This document shows, piece by piece, positions 53,730 through 62,563 of a stretch of DNA of 64,000 nt. Numbering within the stretch: the first letter of the stretch is position 1; every line of letters starts with the position of its first letter. The stretch is from Escherichia phage vb_EcoM_bov11CS3. The position numbers and the translations under genes were made by a program. The stretch lies in sequence record MT884009.2; one strand, 5' to 3'. The notes under the pieces are model-generated. The model was not told where the DNA came from and searched no databases. It worked only from the letters and a program-made list of their open reading frames with translations.

Positions 53730-54737
53730 TTATTCACCTTTCAGAGTTGCTTTAACAACCAGCTCTGGACGGGTGTTAACTGCCAGCATGGAAGTTTCAG
53801 ATTCAATCTTCTCTTCACGCAGGTATGCAGAGTGTTTATACCACATGTACAGTTCCTGTGCTGGAGTGTTTGCTTCGTTAACATCGTCTGCCGGAGCAAA
53901 GTGCAGCTGGAACATCTGATCAATACCCATCGGCAGAATGCGAGCTTCTTTCTTAGGAATATTGCCAGAGATATCTTCGATAAAGGTGATACCTTTATGC
54001 TCAAACACACGGTATACGCTGTCTTGACCGCCAGCACCCAGACGGCGACGCAGAGGTTCCTGAGCAGAGCCGTAATAGGTGTATGCCAGTTCTACCAGCG
54101 GGTGATGAGTAACAGCACTGAAGAACTCCGGTGAGCACAGAGCTACAATGCGATAGCCAGCTGCGTTATCACCAGCTTGCAGTGCGATGTGCAGACGAGC
54201 TTCTTCCAGAACCTCCATAGGATCCTGATCTGCTTTTGCAGGGTCGATCTCAACAGACTTCTGAGACACACCCCACAGAGTGTAGTAATCATACTGACAG
54301 GTGGTGTCACCAGGTGCATAGGATTTACCCAGAATAGCCTGGAACAGCGCTTTCTCACGCAGTGCTTCATGAGAAACACGGATACGGCGAACAACGCGGG
54401 TTACTACGTCCTGAACAGTTTTCGGAGCATCAGGAGTGAAGTAACGACGGAAGTTCTGAACATCTGCGGCAGTGATGCCTTTGTCCAGAGGGAAGAACGG
54501 GATGTTCAGGTTTTTAACCTGAGCACGTTCACTACCAACGTAGTTACGCTCACCACCACGACGGCGTGCCGGAATGTCGGTTACAACTTCATCAACACGC
54601 TCAATCTGAGCAATTGTTGAGGTGCCGAGACGGGTTTCGAACAGATCCATACCAGTAATCAGGCGGAATTGACGTGGAACAAGGTCCAGAGTAGCACCTA
54701 AATCAACAATGCCAAATTCATCTTTACGAGTAATCAT
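53730..54737 (-). CDS. major capsid protein, 335 aa
   Basis: Position after scaffold and small decoration-like gene, size about 36 kDa, strong terminator downstream, GGAG before ATG 54737. Confidence 0.65.
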   Translation of the reverse strand: MITRKDEFGIVDLGATLDLVPRQFRLITGMDLFETRLGTSTIAQIERVDEVVTDIPARRRGGERNYVGSERAQVKNLNIPFFPLDKGITAADVQNFRRYFTPDAPKTVQDVVTRVVRRIRVSHEALREKALFQAILGKSYAPGDTTCQYDYYTLWGVSQKSVEIDPAKADQDPMEVLEEARLHIALQAGDNAAGYRIVALCSPEFFSAVTHHPLVELAYTYYGSAQEPLRRRLGAGGQDSVYRVFEHKGITFIEDISGNIPKKEARILPMGIDQMFQLHFAPADDVNEANTPAQELYMWYKHSAYLREEKIESETSMLAVNTRPELVVKATLKGE

Positions 54738-54785
54738 TTATTTCTCCAAAGTAAAACTTAAATATTTTCCCGAACAATTTAGGAC

Positions 54786-55175
54786 TTACTCTTCACCAAG
54801 AGTCTGGACGTGAACTTTGTTACCCAGAGCTTCCAGCTTTTCAAGAACAGCCTGCTTAGCTGCTTCACCGTTAGACCCCAGCAGCTTATCTTTTGCAAAG
54901 GTAACACCGTGAACTGCAACAACTAGTTTATATTTCTGACCTGTTTGCAGAGGCTCAGCAAGATGAACTTTTCCTGCATCTTTTACCAAAGCTCGGTCTA
55001 CAAGAACACCATAAACGTCTGAGCCATCATCGTTAGCGATAGTGCCAGTTTTTGTTACAACAGTACCCGCATGGTGGTGCTCTGTCAGTGTAATTTCCAT
55101 CTCTTTAAAATTGTAGCCAGCATCGCTAGAATCAACTTTGCCGAGCACGATATCAGAATATTGAGCGGTAATCAT
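54786..55175 (-). CDS. head decoration-like/small head protein, 129 aa
   Basis: Position between scaffold and capsid genes. Confidence 0.4.
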   Translation of the reverse strand: MITAQYSDIVLGKVDSSDAGYNFKEMEITLTEHHHAGTVVTKTGTIANDDGSDVYGVLVDRALVKDAGKVHLAEPLQTGQKYKLVVAVHGVTFAKDKLLGSNGEAAKQAVLEKLEALGNKVHVQTLGEE

Positions 55176-55195
55176 TTATTTCCCCCGTTAATGTC

Positions 55196-56173
55196 TTATT
55201 TGTTAGATTCTGCACGTGCACGAGCAAGTGCTTTTGCAACGTTTTCAGCAAGAATTTCTTCTGCGGATTTCGCAATATCATCCACAACAGGTTCGCCATC
55301 ATTACCATGTTCAGTGGTGGCAAACTCTTCTTTAGTTTTATGCACCTCTGCTTCCAGCTCTTCAATTTTTGCTTGAGCTTTCTCCAGCATAGCTACGATA
55401 GGTTCGTTAGCTTTTTCCAGCATGAAGTCAACCAGGGTTGCGTGATCTTCTTCACCAACAAAGCTTAAAGCTTGAGCCTTAGTCAGCATTTTAGCTTTTT
55501 CAACTTCAACCTGGGCCTTGATGATTTCTTCAGCTTTACTCTGGGTTGCTTTCAGCTCTTCTACTTGCTTCAGCAGATCCAGATACTCTTTAGTTTTGGT
55601 TACGTCCACCGGATTCTCCTCGGTATTTGCGGATTTTGCAACATCATCCACCTCGGTAGTTTTATCCACCTCAGCAGGTTCCTGTACCGCCTTGATCAGG
55701 TTCCCTTCTTTATCGAAGAGATCAGCGGTTACTTGTTCAAAAATCTGTTGTGTTTTTAACAGGCTGTACTGATCTACCACACTAAGCTGCTTGCCTTCTT
55801 TTGCAGCCTTATGAATGGTCACGTTATCACAACGCTCTTCCAGCCATGCAATACAAGACTCTGCGTCAGCTTGCGCCCATTCCCAATCAGGATGCTCTTT
55901 AGCCCAAGCCTCCTCTTCAATCTCAAAACCAAGCATGTGTGCAAGTGCTTTAGCATCATCATACCACATATCGAAGAAACGACGCAGGTATTCTTCAAAG
56001 CTAAGCTCCACAGTAACTTGGCGAAGTGCCTTAACAATATCGTCTGTTAACTGCTCAGGCTTAAGATCACTCTTCATCAAAAGAGATACAGGTCTGTTGT
56101 TAGCGCTATAGCCTTGCGCCTTATGGCACAGGGCAATCCCCTTCTCTTTAATAGTAATCGTTTTTTCAGACAT
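55196..56173 (-). CDS. scaffolding protein, 325 aa
   Basis: Highly acidic, helical, Glu/Lys/Ala-rich (KAQVEVEKAKMLTKAQ, KIEELEAEVHKTKEE); position after portal. Confidence 0.6.
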   Translation of the reverse strand: MSEKTITIKEKGIALCHKAQGYSANNRPVSLLMKSDLKPEQLTDDIVKALRQVTVELSFEEYLRRFFDMWYDDAKALAHMLGFEIEEEAWAKEHPDWEWAQADAESCIAWLEERCDNVTIHKAAKEGKQLSVVDQYSLLKTQQIFEQVTADLFDKEGNLIKAVQEPAEVDKTTEVDDVAKSANTEENPVDVTKTKEYLDLLKQVEELKATQSKAEEIIKAQVEVEKAKMLTKAQALSFVGEEDHATLVDFMLEKANEPIVAMLEKAQAKIEELEAEVHKTKEEFATTEHGNDGEPVVDDIAKSAEEILAENVAKALARARAESNK

Positions 56174-56592
56174 TATTCATTGCCCTCTTCTACAACACTG
56201 ATCCCGAAGTTTACGTTGGTAATTTCACCAGTTTCTTCATCAACATTACCTGTTGCCTGAATGCTTAGGCCACCAACAATGCCAGCCTTCTTAGCTTCCC
56301 ATAATTCAGGATTATTGTATTTAACTTTAGCAACCCAAGAGCCAGCCTTGATGACCTGCTCAGTGCCAATTACTACAACATCAAACTCTTCTTGAATCCA
56401 CGTCTTTTCAATAGTGAAAGCATCTGTAGAGGTCAAGTGGAAAAGGTTTTCAGAAACTAGGCCTGCAGCGTATGCTGCGTCCCAGTTATCTTTAGCCTTT
56501 TTGATGGTGTCTTTACTCATCCACTCACCGTGAGCATCTTTAGTGTCAGGCTCGTAGATGATTTCGTAGGAAATCATTTCTTCCTGTGGCAT
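56173..56592 (-). CDS. head morphogenesis protein (possible prohead protease position), about 139 aa, start uncertain
   Basis: Track ORF 56173-56748 overlaps the portal 3' end by about 90 nt; internal ATGs at 56604 and 56592. Confidence 0.35.
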   Translation of the reverse strand: MPQEEMISYEIIYEPDTKDAHGEWMSKDTIKKAKDNWDAAYAAGLVSENLFHLTSTDAFTIEKTWIQEEFDVVVIGTEQVIKAGSWVAKVKYNNPELWEAKKAGIVGGLSIQATGNVDEETGEITNVNFGISVVEEGNE

Positions 56593-56659
56593 CTTATTCC
56601 CCATGTGGATTATTTTATCACGCCAAAGGAGGTTTTGCAACCCCCTGTGTTGATAATTT

Positions 56660-58216
56660 TTAATTTTCCATGTTGGATATGGAATTATCTCTGGTTGATG
56701 ATATCTTAGAAGTGCCGTTGCCAGTGGATCCTGCAGCCATTCCATCACCAGCTCTACTGATGTCCTGGCCCAAGAGCTTCATCAGCTCTTCCTGATCCAT
56801 GTCCTCGTCAAATCTTTCATCAAACCCGCCTACTTCAAGAATCTTATTAATTACTGCAGGAGTTTTTGGCAAGTAACCTACAGCACCGATCCTCTGGACA
56901 AACTTGGAGAAGCTCTCCATATCCACTTCTTCAATCAGACCAGGTTTCAGTTTAGGCATATCATCATCTTCAAGGATGATACCATTCAATGCCAGAAGCT
57001 GTGGAATAAGATCCTTATTGAAGGCTTCAGTGATAATATCTATATCACGCTGAACAAAATGACCATGGATAGACTGTTTTGACTCAGACAGAGAGAAGGA
57101 TCCAACGTTATCGTTACCGAGGTTAATAAAGCCAGCACCGAAACGGTCAAGAATCGCCTTCTTACGGGCATCAATCAAATCTTTAGTGGAATACTGCTTA
57201 CCCATACCGTCAACCCCCTTCAGGGTCATGGAGTAAAGCTCTTTACCAGACTTATCTCTATCAGACGGAAGTATAAAGAAACTTTGCTCACCACTATGGG
57301 CGTTTGCTGCGTCAAGCATAAGATCTGCAACCATTCTCCCTTCCATTGAATTCGGGTCAATGCTGGCCTTGTTCAAAATATTGGAAGGAATTTTCAGCTC
57401 AAGCACACCACCAAGGTCTTTGGAACAGCCAACAACCTCAAGGTTTTCAATCAGAACTTTCTCACGGAAAGATCTGTAGCAACCTATCATCGGTGACACA
57501 CCTGCAGGGTTAGATTCTGTTCCTGACAGGGTCATGAGCATAAGCTTTTTAGCAGGGATGAAAATTTCAGGCTCATTAAAGCTTTTTGAAGGCATTGCAG
57601 CAAGAGGTCCAGCCCAGCGTGCATTCTGAGTGTTTAGAAATGCATTAGGTGACTGATAAATACCTGTCAGTGTTCTACTATTCTTGTCAAAAACAAACGG
57701 CTCTGATCTGGACAGGCTGGCCTGAGGTCGGAATGCAATTTTATCAATAAGAAGCATCCCGGCATATTTACCTTCTTTCTCTCTGCGGTATACTTTCTCA
57801 AACAGTGAAAAACCATACTCGTTAAAGGTAGCTGCGCTTCTTGCAATATCTCGAAGAGTTTGTTGGTTTGCCAAATTACGCAAAGAATACTCTATAAGCT
57901 CGGCAGCTTTCTTAGAGTCTTCACTTTTAACATTATAAAGGATCTTAAAATCATTGAATGCTTTCGTGATGAAAACATATTTTGTATCTAAGGCAGTAGC
58001 AACTGTGGAATCACATTTCATAGTCTCCACTGTGGCAATCAGCTGAGGCCAACGCAATTCCTCAACCATCATAGATTGCGATTCTGCCATAATTTGGGAA
58101 AGTGCGCCAGAACCGATCTCACTCATACGAACATTATGAGTTGGTGCGCCTGCGTTCCCAGATTTATTCACAGTTTTGGCTGTGGCGTTGTGTTTCCTGC
58201 GGTTCTTTTTGGACAC
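56660..58216 (-). CDS. portal protein, 518 aa
   Basis: Size and position directly downstream of the large terminase gene. Confidence 0.6.
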   Translation of the reverse strand: MSKKNRRKHNATAKTVNKSGNAGAPTHNVRMSEIGSGALSQIMAESQSMMVEELRWPQLIATVETMKCDSTVATALDTKYVFITKAFNDFKILYNVKSEDSKKAAELIEYSLRNLANQQTLRDIARSAATFNEYGFSLFEKVYRREKEGKYAGMLLIDKIAFRPQASLSRSEPFVFDKNSRTLTGIYQSPNAFLNTQNARWAGPLAAMPSKSFNEPEIFIPAKKLMLMTLSGTESNPAGVSPMIGCYRSFREKVLIENLEVVGCSKDLGGVLELKIPSNILNKASIDPNSMEGRMVADLMLDAANAHSGEQSFFILPSDRDKSGKELYSMTLKGVDGMGKQYSTKDLIDARKKAILDRFGAGFINLGNDNVGSFSLSESKQSIHGHFVQRDIDIITEAFNKDLIPQLLALNGIILEDDDMPKLKPGLIEEVDMESFSKFVQRIGAVGYLPKTPAVINKILEVGGFDERFDEDMDQEELMKLLGQDISRAGDGMAAGSTGNGTSKISSTRDNSISNMEN

Positions 58217-58230
58217 AAGCTTTACCCCTC

Positions 58231-58266
58231 AAAACAGTATAACAAAATAGCCCTCGTCAGAGGGCT
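58231..58266 (-). terminator. hairpin (partial terminator-like) between terminase and portal genes
   Basis: AGCCCTC-TGAC-GAGGGCT stem followed by ATTTTGTTATACTGTTTT on the minus strand. Confidence 0.35.
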
Positions 58267-58316
58267 AGTATCTCCAATTACTTTATTGTACCACATCTAA
58301 TTAAGATTGGCAACAC

Positions 58317-59864
58317 TTAGATAAAACGCTTGAACATAGAAGGTGATGAGATTGATGGAATCACACAAGGAAGTGCTACCTCCTCTTTCTCCAGGAAATT
58401 AATCGCAGAAGCTACACAGTCTGCCCAGTCGTCTTTTCTGTTAAATGTTGATCTTTCCCCGTTGAATTTTTCAAGTTCAGTCAGAAATGCTTCCAGAGTA
58501 TCAGGATGGAAACTGGATTTTACAATCCTCACCATTCCTTGTTGTGCAAGATTGGCAAAAGGTGAGAACCTTGTCAGTTTAGATTTGTTGGAAGGCATTG
58601 GGTCTTCTTCAACCCTGAACCCTTCGGCGAGCAAGGATCTGGATGAGGTTAAGAACTCACTCTTACCTGCCTGACCTGGGTCCACAGAGAAGACGATTAT
58701 GCAATCATCACCATCGAACTGCGCCTGTTTCCTGATGATCACATCTCGTTCACCAGCCTTTTTACAGAACTTGCCTTCCAGACCTGTGGAATACCTCCCG
58801 TCATCCACGTTCTCAGGACAATAATCACCGGACAGGTAATAAAAGCCGTCGCTATCTTTACTTACCTTAATACTGGCAGTAAAGTCAGGAAATTTATTAC
58901 CGGAAGTTCTCTCGGTTCCTGCCTTATCCCATGCCCTGCAAGATACTGACCCAAGAGGTACTCTATCGGCATCACGAAGGAAAGATCTTTGAAAATAGTT
59001 TGCACCCTCAGGCTTTGCAAACCAGTTACCATGGAGAAGCTGAGCTTTTTCCAGCTCTGGTAGACCTTCGAGGAAAGCAAGGTATTCTGGGTTGTCTCTC
59101 AAACAGACAGGATTATCGAATATTGTTGCGCCTATGAACGAGAATGACAACGGTCTTGGCTTGATCTCTACGCCAAGTCCGTTAACCGTGGTGTATTTCT
59201 CTATCAACTCTTCTTTAGAATCTCCCCAGATAAATTCCCCGTCGCGTCGGATAAAATATCTTTTCTTACCGCATTTCTCCGGATCTGGATACCCTTCATC
59301 GTCCAACCACCATCTAACCAGTTTGGCAAGCATGTGTTCTGAATCGGGGTTACAGCTGATAACCATTCTTGATGGATACTTTGACTGAGATCGCAGACGA
59401 GACATCAGGTAGTCTATCTGCTCCCATTCGAACTGCGTGCCCTCATCGAAGCAAACCATGGTGTACTCAAGCCCCTGATGGTTAAGCTTATCTTGTACAT
59501 ACTCCATATGGCAGTATTTTACAACAGCTCCCTTTTTGCTTCTATCCCACTTGCCAGTGTTCGGATCAAACCGTGGAAAAATGAACTTATGATCCTTCTC
59601 TCTGAACTTTGGCTTAATGTTTTCAGGCAGATCACTATAAATAGCTACCGCTTTAGGCCATAGTCCACCCTCACCTTCCAACTGCGGGGTTGTTCTTCGG
59701 AACATAACCACAGAGCTGTGGGGGTCATCAATAATTTTAAGTGGCATCAATTGCAAGAGGAACGACTTGCCAGACCCTGCGGCACCGCCGATTACCAAAA
59801 TATCTGCATCGTTTTCGAGGATCATCTTCTGCTTTTCAGAACACGGTCCGTAAATCTTAGACAT
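58317..59864 (-). CDS. terL: terminase large subunit, 515 aa
   Basis: Walker A ADILVIGGAAGSGKS, Walker B-like MVCFDEGTQ, C-terminal nuclease-like region. Confidence 0.75.
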   Translation of the reverse strand: MSKIYGPCSEKQKMILENDADILVIGGAAGSGKSFLLQLMPLKIIDDPHSSVVMFRRTTPQLEGEGGLWPKAVAIYSDLPENIKPKFREKDHKFIFPRFDPNTGKWDRSKKGAVVKYCHMEYVQDKLNHQGLEYTMVCFDEGTQFEWEQIDYLMSRLRSQSKYPSRMVISCNPDSEHMLAKLVRWWLDDEGYPDPEKCGKKRYFIRRDGEFIWGDSKEELIEKYTTVNGLGVEIKPRPLSFSFIGATIFDNPVCLRDNPEYLAFLEGLPELEKAQLLHGNWFAKPEGANYFQRSFLRDADRVPLGSVSCRAWDKAGTERTSGNKFPDFTASIKVSKDSDGFYYLSGDYCPENVDDGRYSTGLEGKFCKKAGERDVIIRKQAQFDGDDCIIVFSVDPGQAGKSEFLTSSRSLLAEGFRVEEDPMPSNKSKLTRFSPFANLAQQGMVRIVKSSFHPDTLEAFLTELEKFNGERSTFNRKDDWADCVASAINFLEKEEVALPCVIPSISSPSMFKRFI

Positions 59865-60151
59865 TAACCGCTCTCCTTTGGAAACAGTGTTCTAATATAG
59901 TCTTGCAAAATGATCAATTTAGCTCTATCATTGCTACAAGACAGATTATTATCCCTCATAATGCCAGAATTCACTGCATCTGGCGCACCTTTCTTCAAAG
60001 GCATAGCTTTAGCAGGTGGTTTCATGGCACCTTCCGGGGGTTTAACAATCAACCTTCCTACATCCGGAGGGTCAATCTTGTATTCTCTCTCAACGTTGGT
60101 TGCACACCCACATAATAACAAGCACACAATAAACAGTGTAGCAACTCTCAT
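59864..60151 (-). CDS. o-spanin (Rz1-like outer-membrane lipoprotein), 95 aa
   Basis: Signal peptide with lipobox LLLCGC, Pro-rich mature part; AGGAGG before ATG 60151; ATGA overlap with the upstream i-spanin. Confidence 0.6.
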   Translation of the reverse strand: MRVATLFIVCLLLCGCATNVEREYKIDPPDVGRLIVKPPEGAMKPPAKAMPLKKGAPDAVNSGIMRDNNLSCSNDRAKLIILQDYIRTLFPKESG

Positions 60152-60546
60152 CGATCCTCCTGATTGATACTCTCATTATAAATATCTATAAGCTGATCAG
60201 GGAGTGTTGACTTCTTGCCTTCAGGTGACTGGAGGTAGATAATCTGCTTTTCTTTACCTGCCTTCTCAGCCATATTTAATTTATCCTGCAGATCAGAAAG
60301 GGATTTTTCAAGGTTTTTAACCTCCTCTGCGTGGCCCATTTTAATTTTGTCGGCCTGCTTTTGTTGCTGATCAAGGATCCGTTCCCACTTTAACTCTGTT
60401 GCTGACACACCCTCTTGGTAGGCTTCATTAAGCTTAGAGTTAAACCAATACACGGCCCCAAGATAAGCTGTACCTATAGCCGCTGCAAAAACTAAACCTT
60501 TTATGATCCCTCTATACCTACTCAGCCATGTTAAACCTGAAATCAT
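60148..60546 (-). CDS. i-spanin (Rz-like), 132 aa
   Basis: N-terminal transmembrane anchor GIIKGLVFAAAIGTAYLGAVYWF followed by charged coiled-coil region; GGAG before ATG. Confidence 0.6.
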   Translation of the reverse strand: MISGLTWLSRYRGIIKGLVFAAAIGTAYLGAVYWFNSKLNEAYQEGVSATELKWERILDQQQKQADKIKMGHAEEVKNLEKSLSDLQDKLNMAEKAGKEKQIIYLQSPEGKKSTLPDQLIDIYNESINQEDR

Positions 60547-60564
60547 TTTAAGGCTCCAGAAACG

Positions 60565-60595
60565 AAAAAACCCCGCAGCTATACAGCTAACGGGG
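60565..60595 (-). terminator. Rho-independent terminator
   Basis: CCCCG...CGGGG stem followed by TTTTTTCGTTTC on the minus strand. Confidence 0.55.
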
Positions 60596-60651
60596 CGGGT
60601 TAAAATTGAGTAACCTAAATAGATCGAAACTAACTAAAAGGAGACTAATAC

Positions 60652-60921
60652 TTATCGAGGCACTCGGTGGATGATTCTAACAGTAACTGCATTTTCATTC
60701 ATCAAGTATGCATCTACATCTCTGTAAATATAAAACTTCTGCTCACTATCAACAACACAAGCTACTGCCCCTTCAGAGTTGTCTTCAAAAAAGACCACCA
60801 CTGCATCGCAGCTGAGTTCATGATATGACTCTCGAAGATTTACAGCCAGAGGATTGAAATCGTCACGAAAATCTACGGTATGGGTTGGATTTACACGCTC
60901 TACAATTTTAAGTGTATACAT
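60652..60921 (-). CDS. hypothetical protein, 89 aa (start moved to ATG 60921)
   Basis: The track start at 61011 would run into tRNA-Pro; ATG 60921 is preceded by AAGGA. Confidence 0.45.
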   Translation of the reverse strand: MYTLKIVERVNPTHTVDFRDDFNPLAVNLRESYHELSCDAVVVFFEDNSEGAVACVVDSEQKFYIYRDVDAYLMNENAVTVRIIHRVPR

Positions 60922-60967
60922 TTTAAAGGTTCCTTTTGTTTGTATATGTTTAAAGTATAACTGAAAG

Positions 60968-61044
60968 TGGTCTCCACGGAGTGATTCGAACACTCGACCT
61001 CCTGATCCCAAATCAGGCGCTCTACCAAGCTGAGCTACGCGGAG
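60968..61044 (-). tRNA. tRNA-Pro (anticodon TGG), 77 nt, CCA encoded
   Basis: Hand-folded: acceptor CTCCGCG/CGTGGAG, anticodon stem CCTGA/TCAGG with loop TTTGGGA, T-arm GAGTG-TTCGAAT-CACTC. Confidence 0.8.
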
Positions 61045-61055
61045 TATTTATTATT

Positions 61056-61130
61056 TGGTGGCCCTGGGTGGAATTGAACCACCGTCTGGCGATTATGAGT
61101 CGCTTGCTTGAACCTTCCAGCTACAGGGCC
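61056..61130 (-). tRNA. tRNA-Met (anticodon CAT), 75 nt, CCA encoded
   Basis: Acceptor GGCCCTG/CAGGGCC, anticodon loop CTCATAA, T-arm GGTGG-TTCAATT-CCACC; Met versus lysidine-Ile not distinguishable by eye. Confidence 0.7.
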
Positions 61131-61131
61131 T

Positions 61132-61207
61132 TGGTGCTGATGGCAGGACTTGAACCTACAACCTATTGATTACAAATCAATTGCACTACCGATTGTGCTA
61201 CATCAGC
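61132..61207 (-). tRNA. tRNA-Thr (anticodon TGT), 76 nt, CCA encoded
   Basis: Acceptor GCTGATG/CATCAGC, D-arm GCAC-AATCGGTA-GTGC, anticodon stem ATTGA/TCAAT with loop TTTGTAA, T-loop TTCAAGT. Confidence 0.8.
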
Positions 61208-61212
61208 AAAAA

Positions 61213-61311
61213 GGTGCTAGGTGATGGAATCGAACCACCTATGTATTCAACGACTACCTCGTCTATTTTCAGGATTAAAAATCCTCGCCCTTGCCAAAGG
61301 GCTTACCTAGC
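61213..61311 (-). tRNA. atypical tRNA-like gene, 99 nt, anticodon loop TTTTTAA (Lys-TTT-like), about 30-nt variable region
   Basis: Perfect 7-bp acceptor GCTAGGT/ACCTAGC, D-arm GCCC-TTTGGCAA-GGGC, T-arm GGTGG-TTCGATT-CCATC, but only a 4-bp anticodon stem (AGGA/TCCT) and an oversized variable region with internal hairpin ACGA-GGTAG-TCGT; 3' end CC-T, not CCA. Confidence 0.35.
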
Positions 61312-61409
61312 TCAGTATGTTGACCATGTTGCTAGTCGGCGATGACGACTGTAACATTTGATAATCCGGTTCTGCTTCCGGCTTTCGCTTAATTACAAGG
61401 TCAACAATG

Positions 61410-61500
61410 TGGCGGAGAGTAATGGAATCGAACCATCATCGAGTCATCCTCAACGGGACGGTTTTCAAGACCGCTTGAGCACCATTGCTCCCTACCCTCC
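61410..61500 (-). tRNA. tRNA-Ser (anticodon TGA), 91 nt, long variable arm, CCA encoded
   Basis: Acceptor GGAGGGT/ACTCTCC, anticodon arm GCGGT-CTTGAAA-ACCGT, T-loop TTCGATT. Confidence 0.75.
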
Positions 61501-61614
61501 TTTATAAATTATACTGATAATGACACTGATTTTCGAGCAGTTAGTGACTAGTATAAACGACGATAAATATCAATGCCATTATCTGCATTATTTATGCATC
61601 TAAAAATATAAATT

Positions 61615-61701
61615 TGGTGGGGAGTGGTGGAGTCGAACCACCCGAGTCGCAATGACAATAGATTTACAGTCTACACCGCTACCTCTACGGGATAACTCCC
61701 C
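61615..61701 (-). tRNA. tRNA-Tyr (anticodon GTA), 87 nt, long variable arm, CCA encoded
   Basis: Acceptor GGGGAGT/ACTCCCC, anticodon region GACTGTAAATCT, T-arm GGTGG-TTCGACT-CCACC. Confidence 0.75.
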
Positions 61702-61705
61702 AATT

Positions 61706-61780
61706 TGGCACCCCGTACTGGACTCGAACCAGTGTCAACGGCTTAGAAGGCCGCTGCTTTATCCACTAAGCTAACAGGGC
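61706..61780 (-). tRNA. tRNA-Arg (anticodon TCT), 75 nt, CCA encoded
   Basis: Acceptor GCCCTGT/ACGGGGT (two G-U pairs), D-arm GCTT-AGTGGATA-AAGC, anticodon arm GCGGC-CTTCTAA-GCCGT, T-arm ACTGG-TTCGAGT-CCAGT. Confidence 0.7.
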
Positions 61781-61838
61781 ACTGGGTGGCTTTCTTTTAC
61801 ACCTTAGCCGCCAGAAAAGGTGGGAGACCATGTTTACA

Positions 61839-61867
61839 ATATTACACTGTTAAGCAAAGTTTGTCAA
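61839..61867 (-). promoter_or_regulatory. sigma70-like promoter upstream of the tRNA cluster
   Basis: Minus-strand TTGACA (rc 61862-61867), 17-nt spacer, TAATAT (rc 61839-61844); about 50 nt upstream of tRNA-Arg. Confidence 0.45.
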
Positions 61868-61876
61868 GAAAATATT

Positions 61877-62215
61877 TTAACTATTGCCAACAGGCTGTAT
61901 TTCTGTGGTGAATGGCATAAAAGGTGCTGGTTTTTCAGCCTCTTCTACTACCACCTCTTCCTCTTCACCAAACATCTCATCATATTCTTCCTGCATTCGG
62001 TCTGCCTTATCAAGAACATACTCTGCAATGCTTTGACGAATATTTTGTTTGGTTTTCGGGTCCAACATCAGCTCTCTTAAAACTTTGTGAGCTTCTGGAA
62101 CCATCGCTATAAAAGATTCCTTCATATCAAGGATGTTCTTCTCTAGCTGAATGGCGTTGGACTCCTCTTTCAGAGGTCTGCCTCTACGGCGACGCTTTTT
62201 AGTTGTATCCGCCAT
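61877..62215 (-). CDS. small basic/acidic DNA-binding-like protein, 112 aa (terminase small subunit candidate)
   Basis: Start moved to ATG 62215, preceded by GGAGG; N-terminus MADTTKKRRRRGRPLKEE is AT-hook-like; acidic C-terminal tail. TerS assignment is an inference. Confidence 0.35.
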   Translation of the reverse strand: MADTTKKRRRRGRPLKEESNAIQLEKNILDMKESFIAMVPEAHKVLRELMLDPKTKQNIRQSIAEYVLDKADRMQEEYDEMFGEEEEVVVEEAEKPAPFMPFTTEIQPVGNS

Positions 62216-62226
62216 GTTTCCTCCAT

Positions 62227-62238
62227 TATCACGTGATA
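62227..62238 (-). promoter_or_regulatory. perfect 12-bp palindrome TATCACGTGATA abutting the RBS of the 112-aa gene
   Basis: Palindrome lies 2 nt upstream of the Shine-Dalgarno ATGGAGGAAAC. Confidence 0.35.
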
Positions 62239-62563
62239 GGTGGATTTTATCATAGCAAATACTGATTGTCAAGTTCGCCGCAGGGTGGTGTTCCCTGCGA
62301 CTTGTCCAGCGTCCTGGACCAGCAAGACCCAACAAGTGGGTTTTCCAGCTATACCCATTACCGCGCACAGGCTCGACCTTATTACAGGTTGGCTGGGGTC
62401 ACATCGTCATGTGCTGGCTGCCCCTACCATTTTAAGTGTGGTGCACTATCAAGCCCTCTAAGGGGAACTCAGCTTTCTCCGAACCCTGTTTCAAAGCATC
62501 CGGAGATAAAGCCATCAAATTCATCTTTAAATTGGATATTCATCATGATACACGAAAACAACC

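Noticed and set aside
60652-61011. 119-aa ORF-track version of the 89-aa gene
   Set aside because: Its start would overlap tRNA-Pro; internal ATG 60921 with AAGGA is preferred.
61877-62368. Long 163-aa version of the 112-aa gene from the ORF track
   Set aside because: The N-terminal extension runs through the GC-rich non-coding island and lacks an RBS; the internal ATG at 62215 has a strong GGAGG site.
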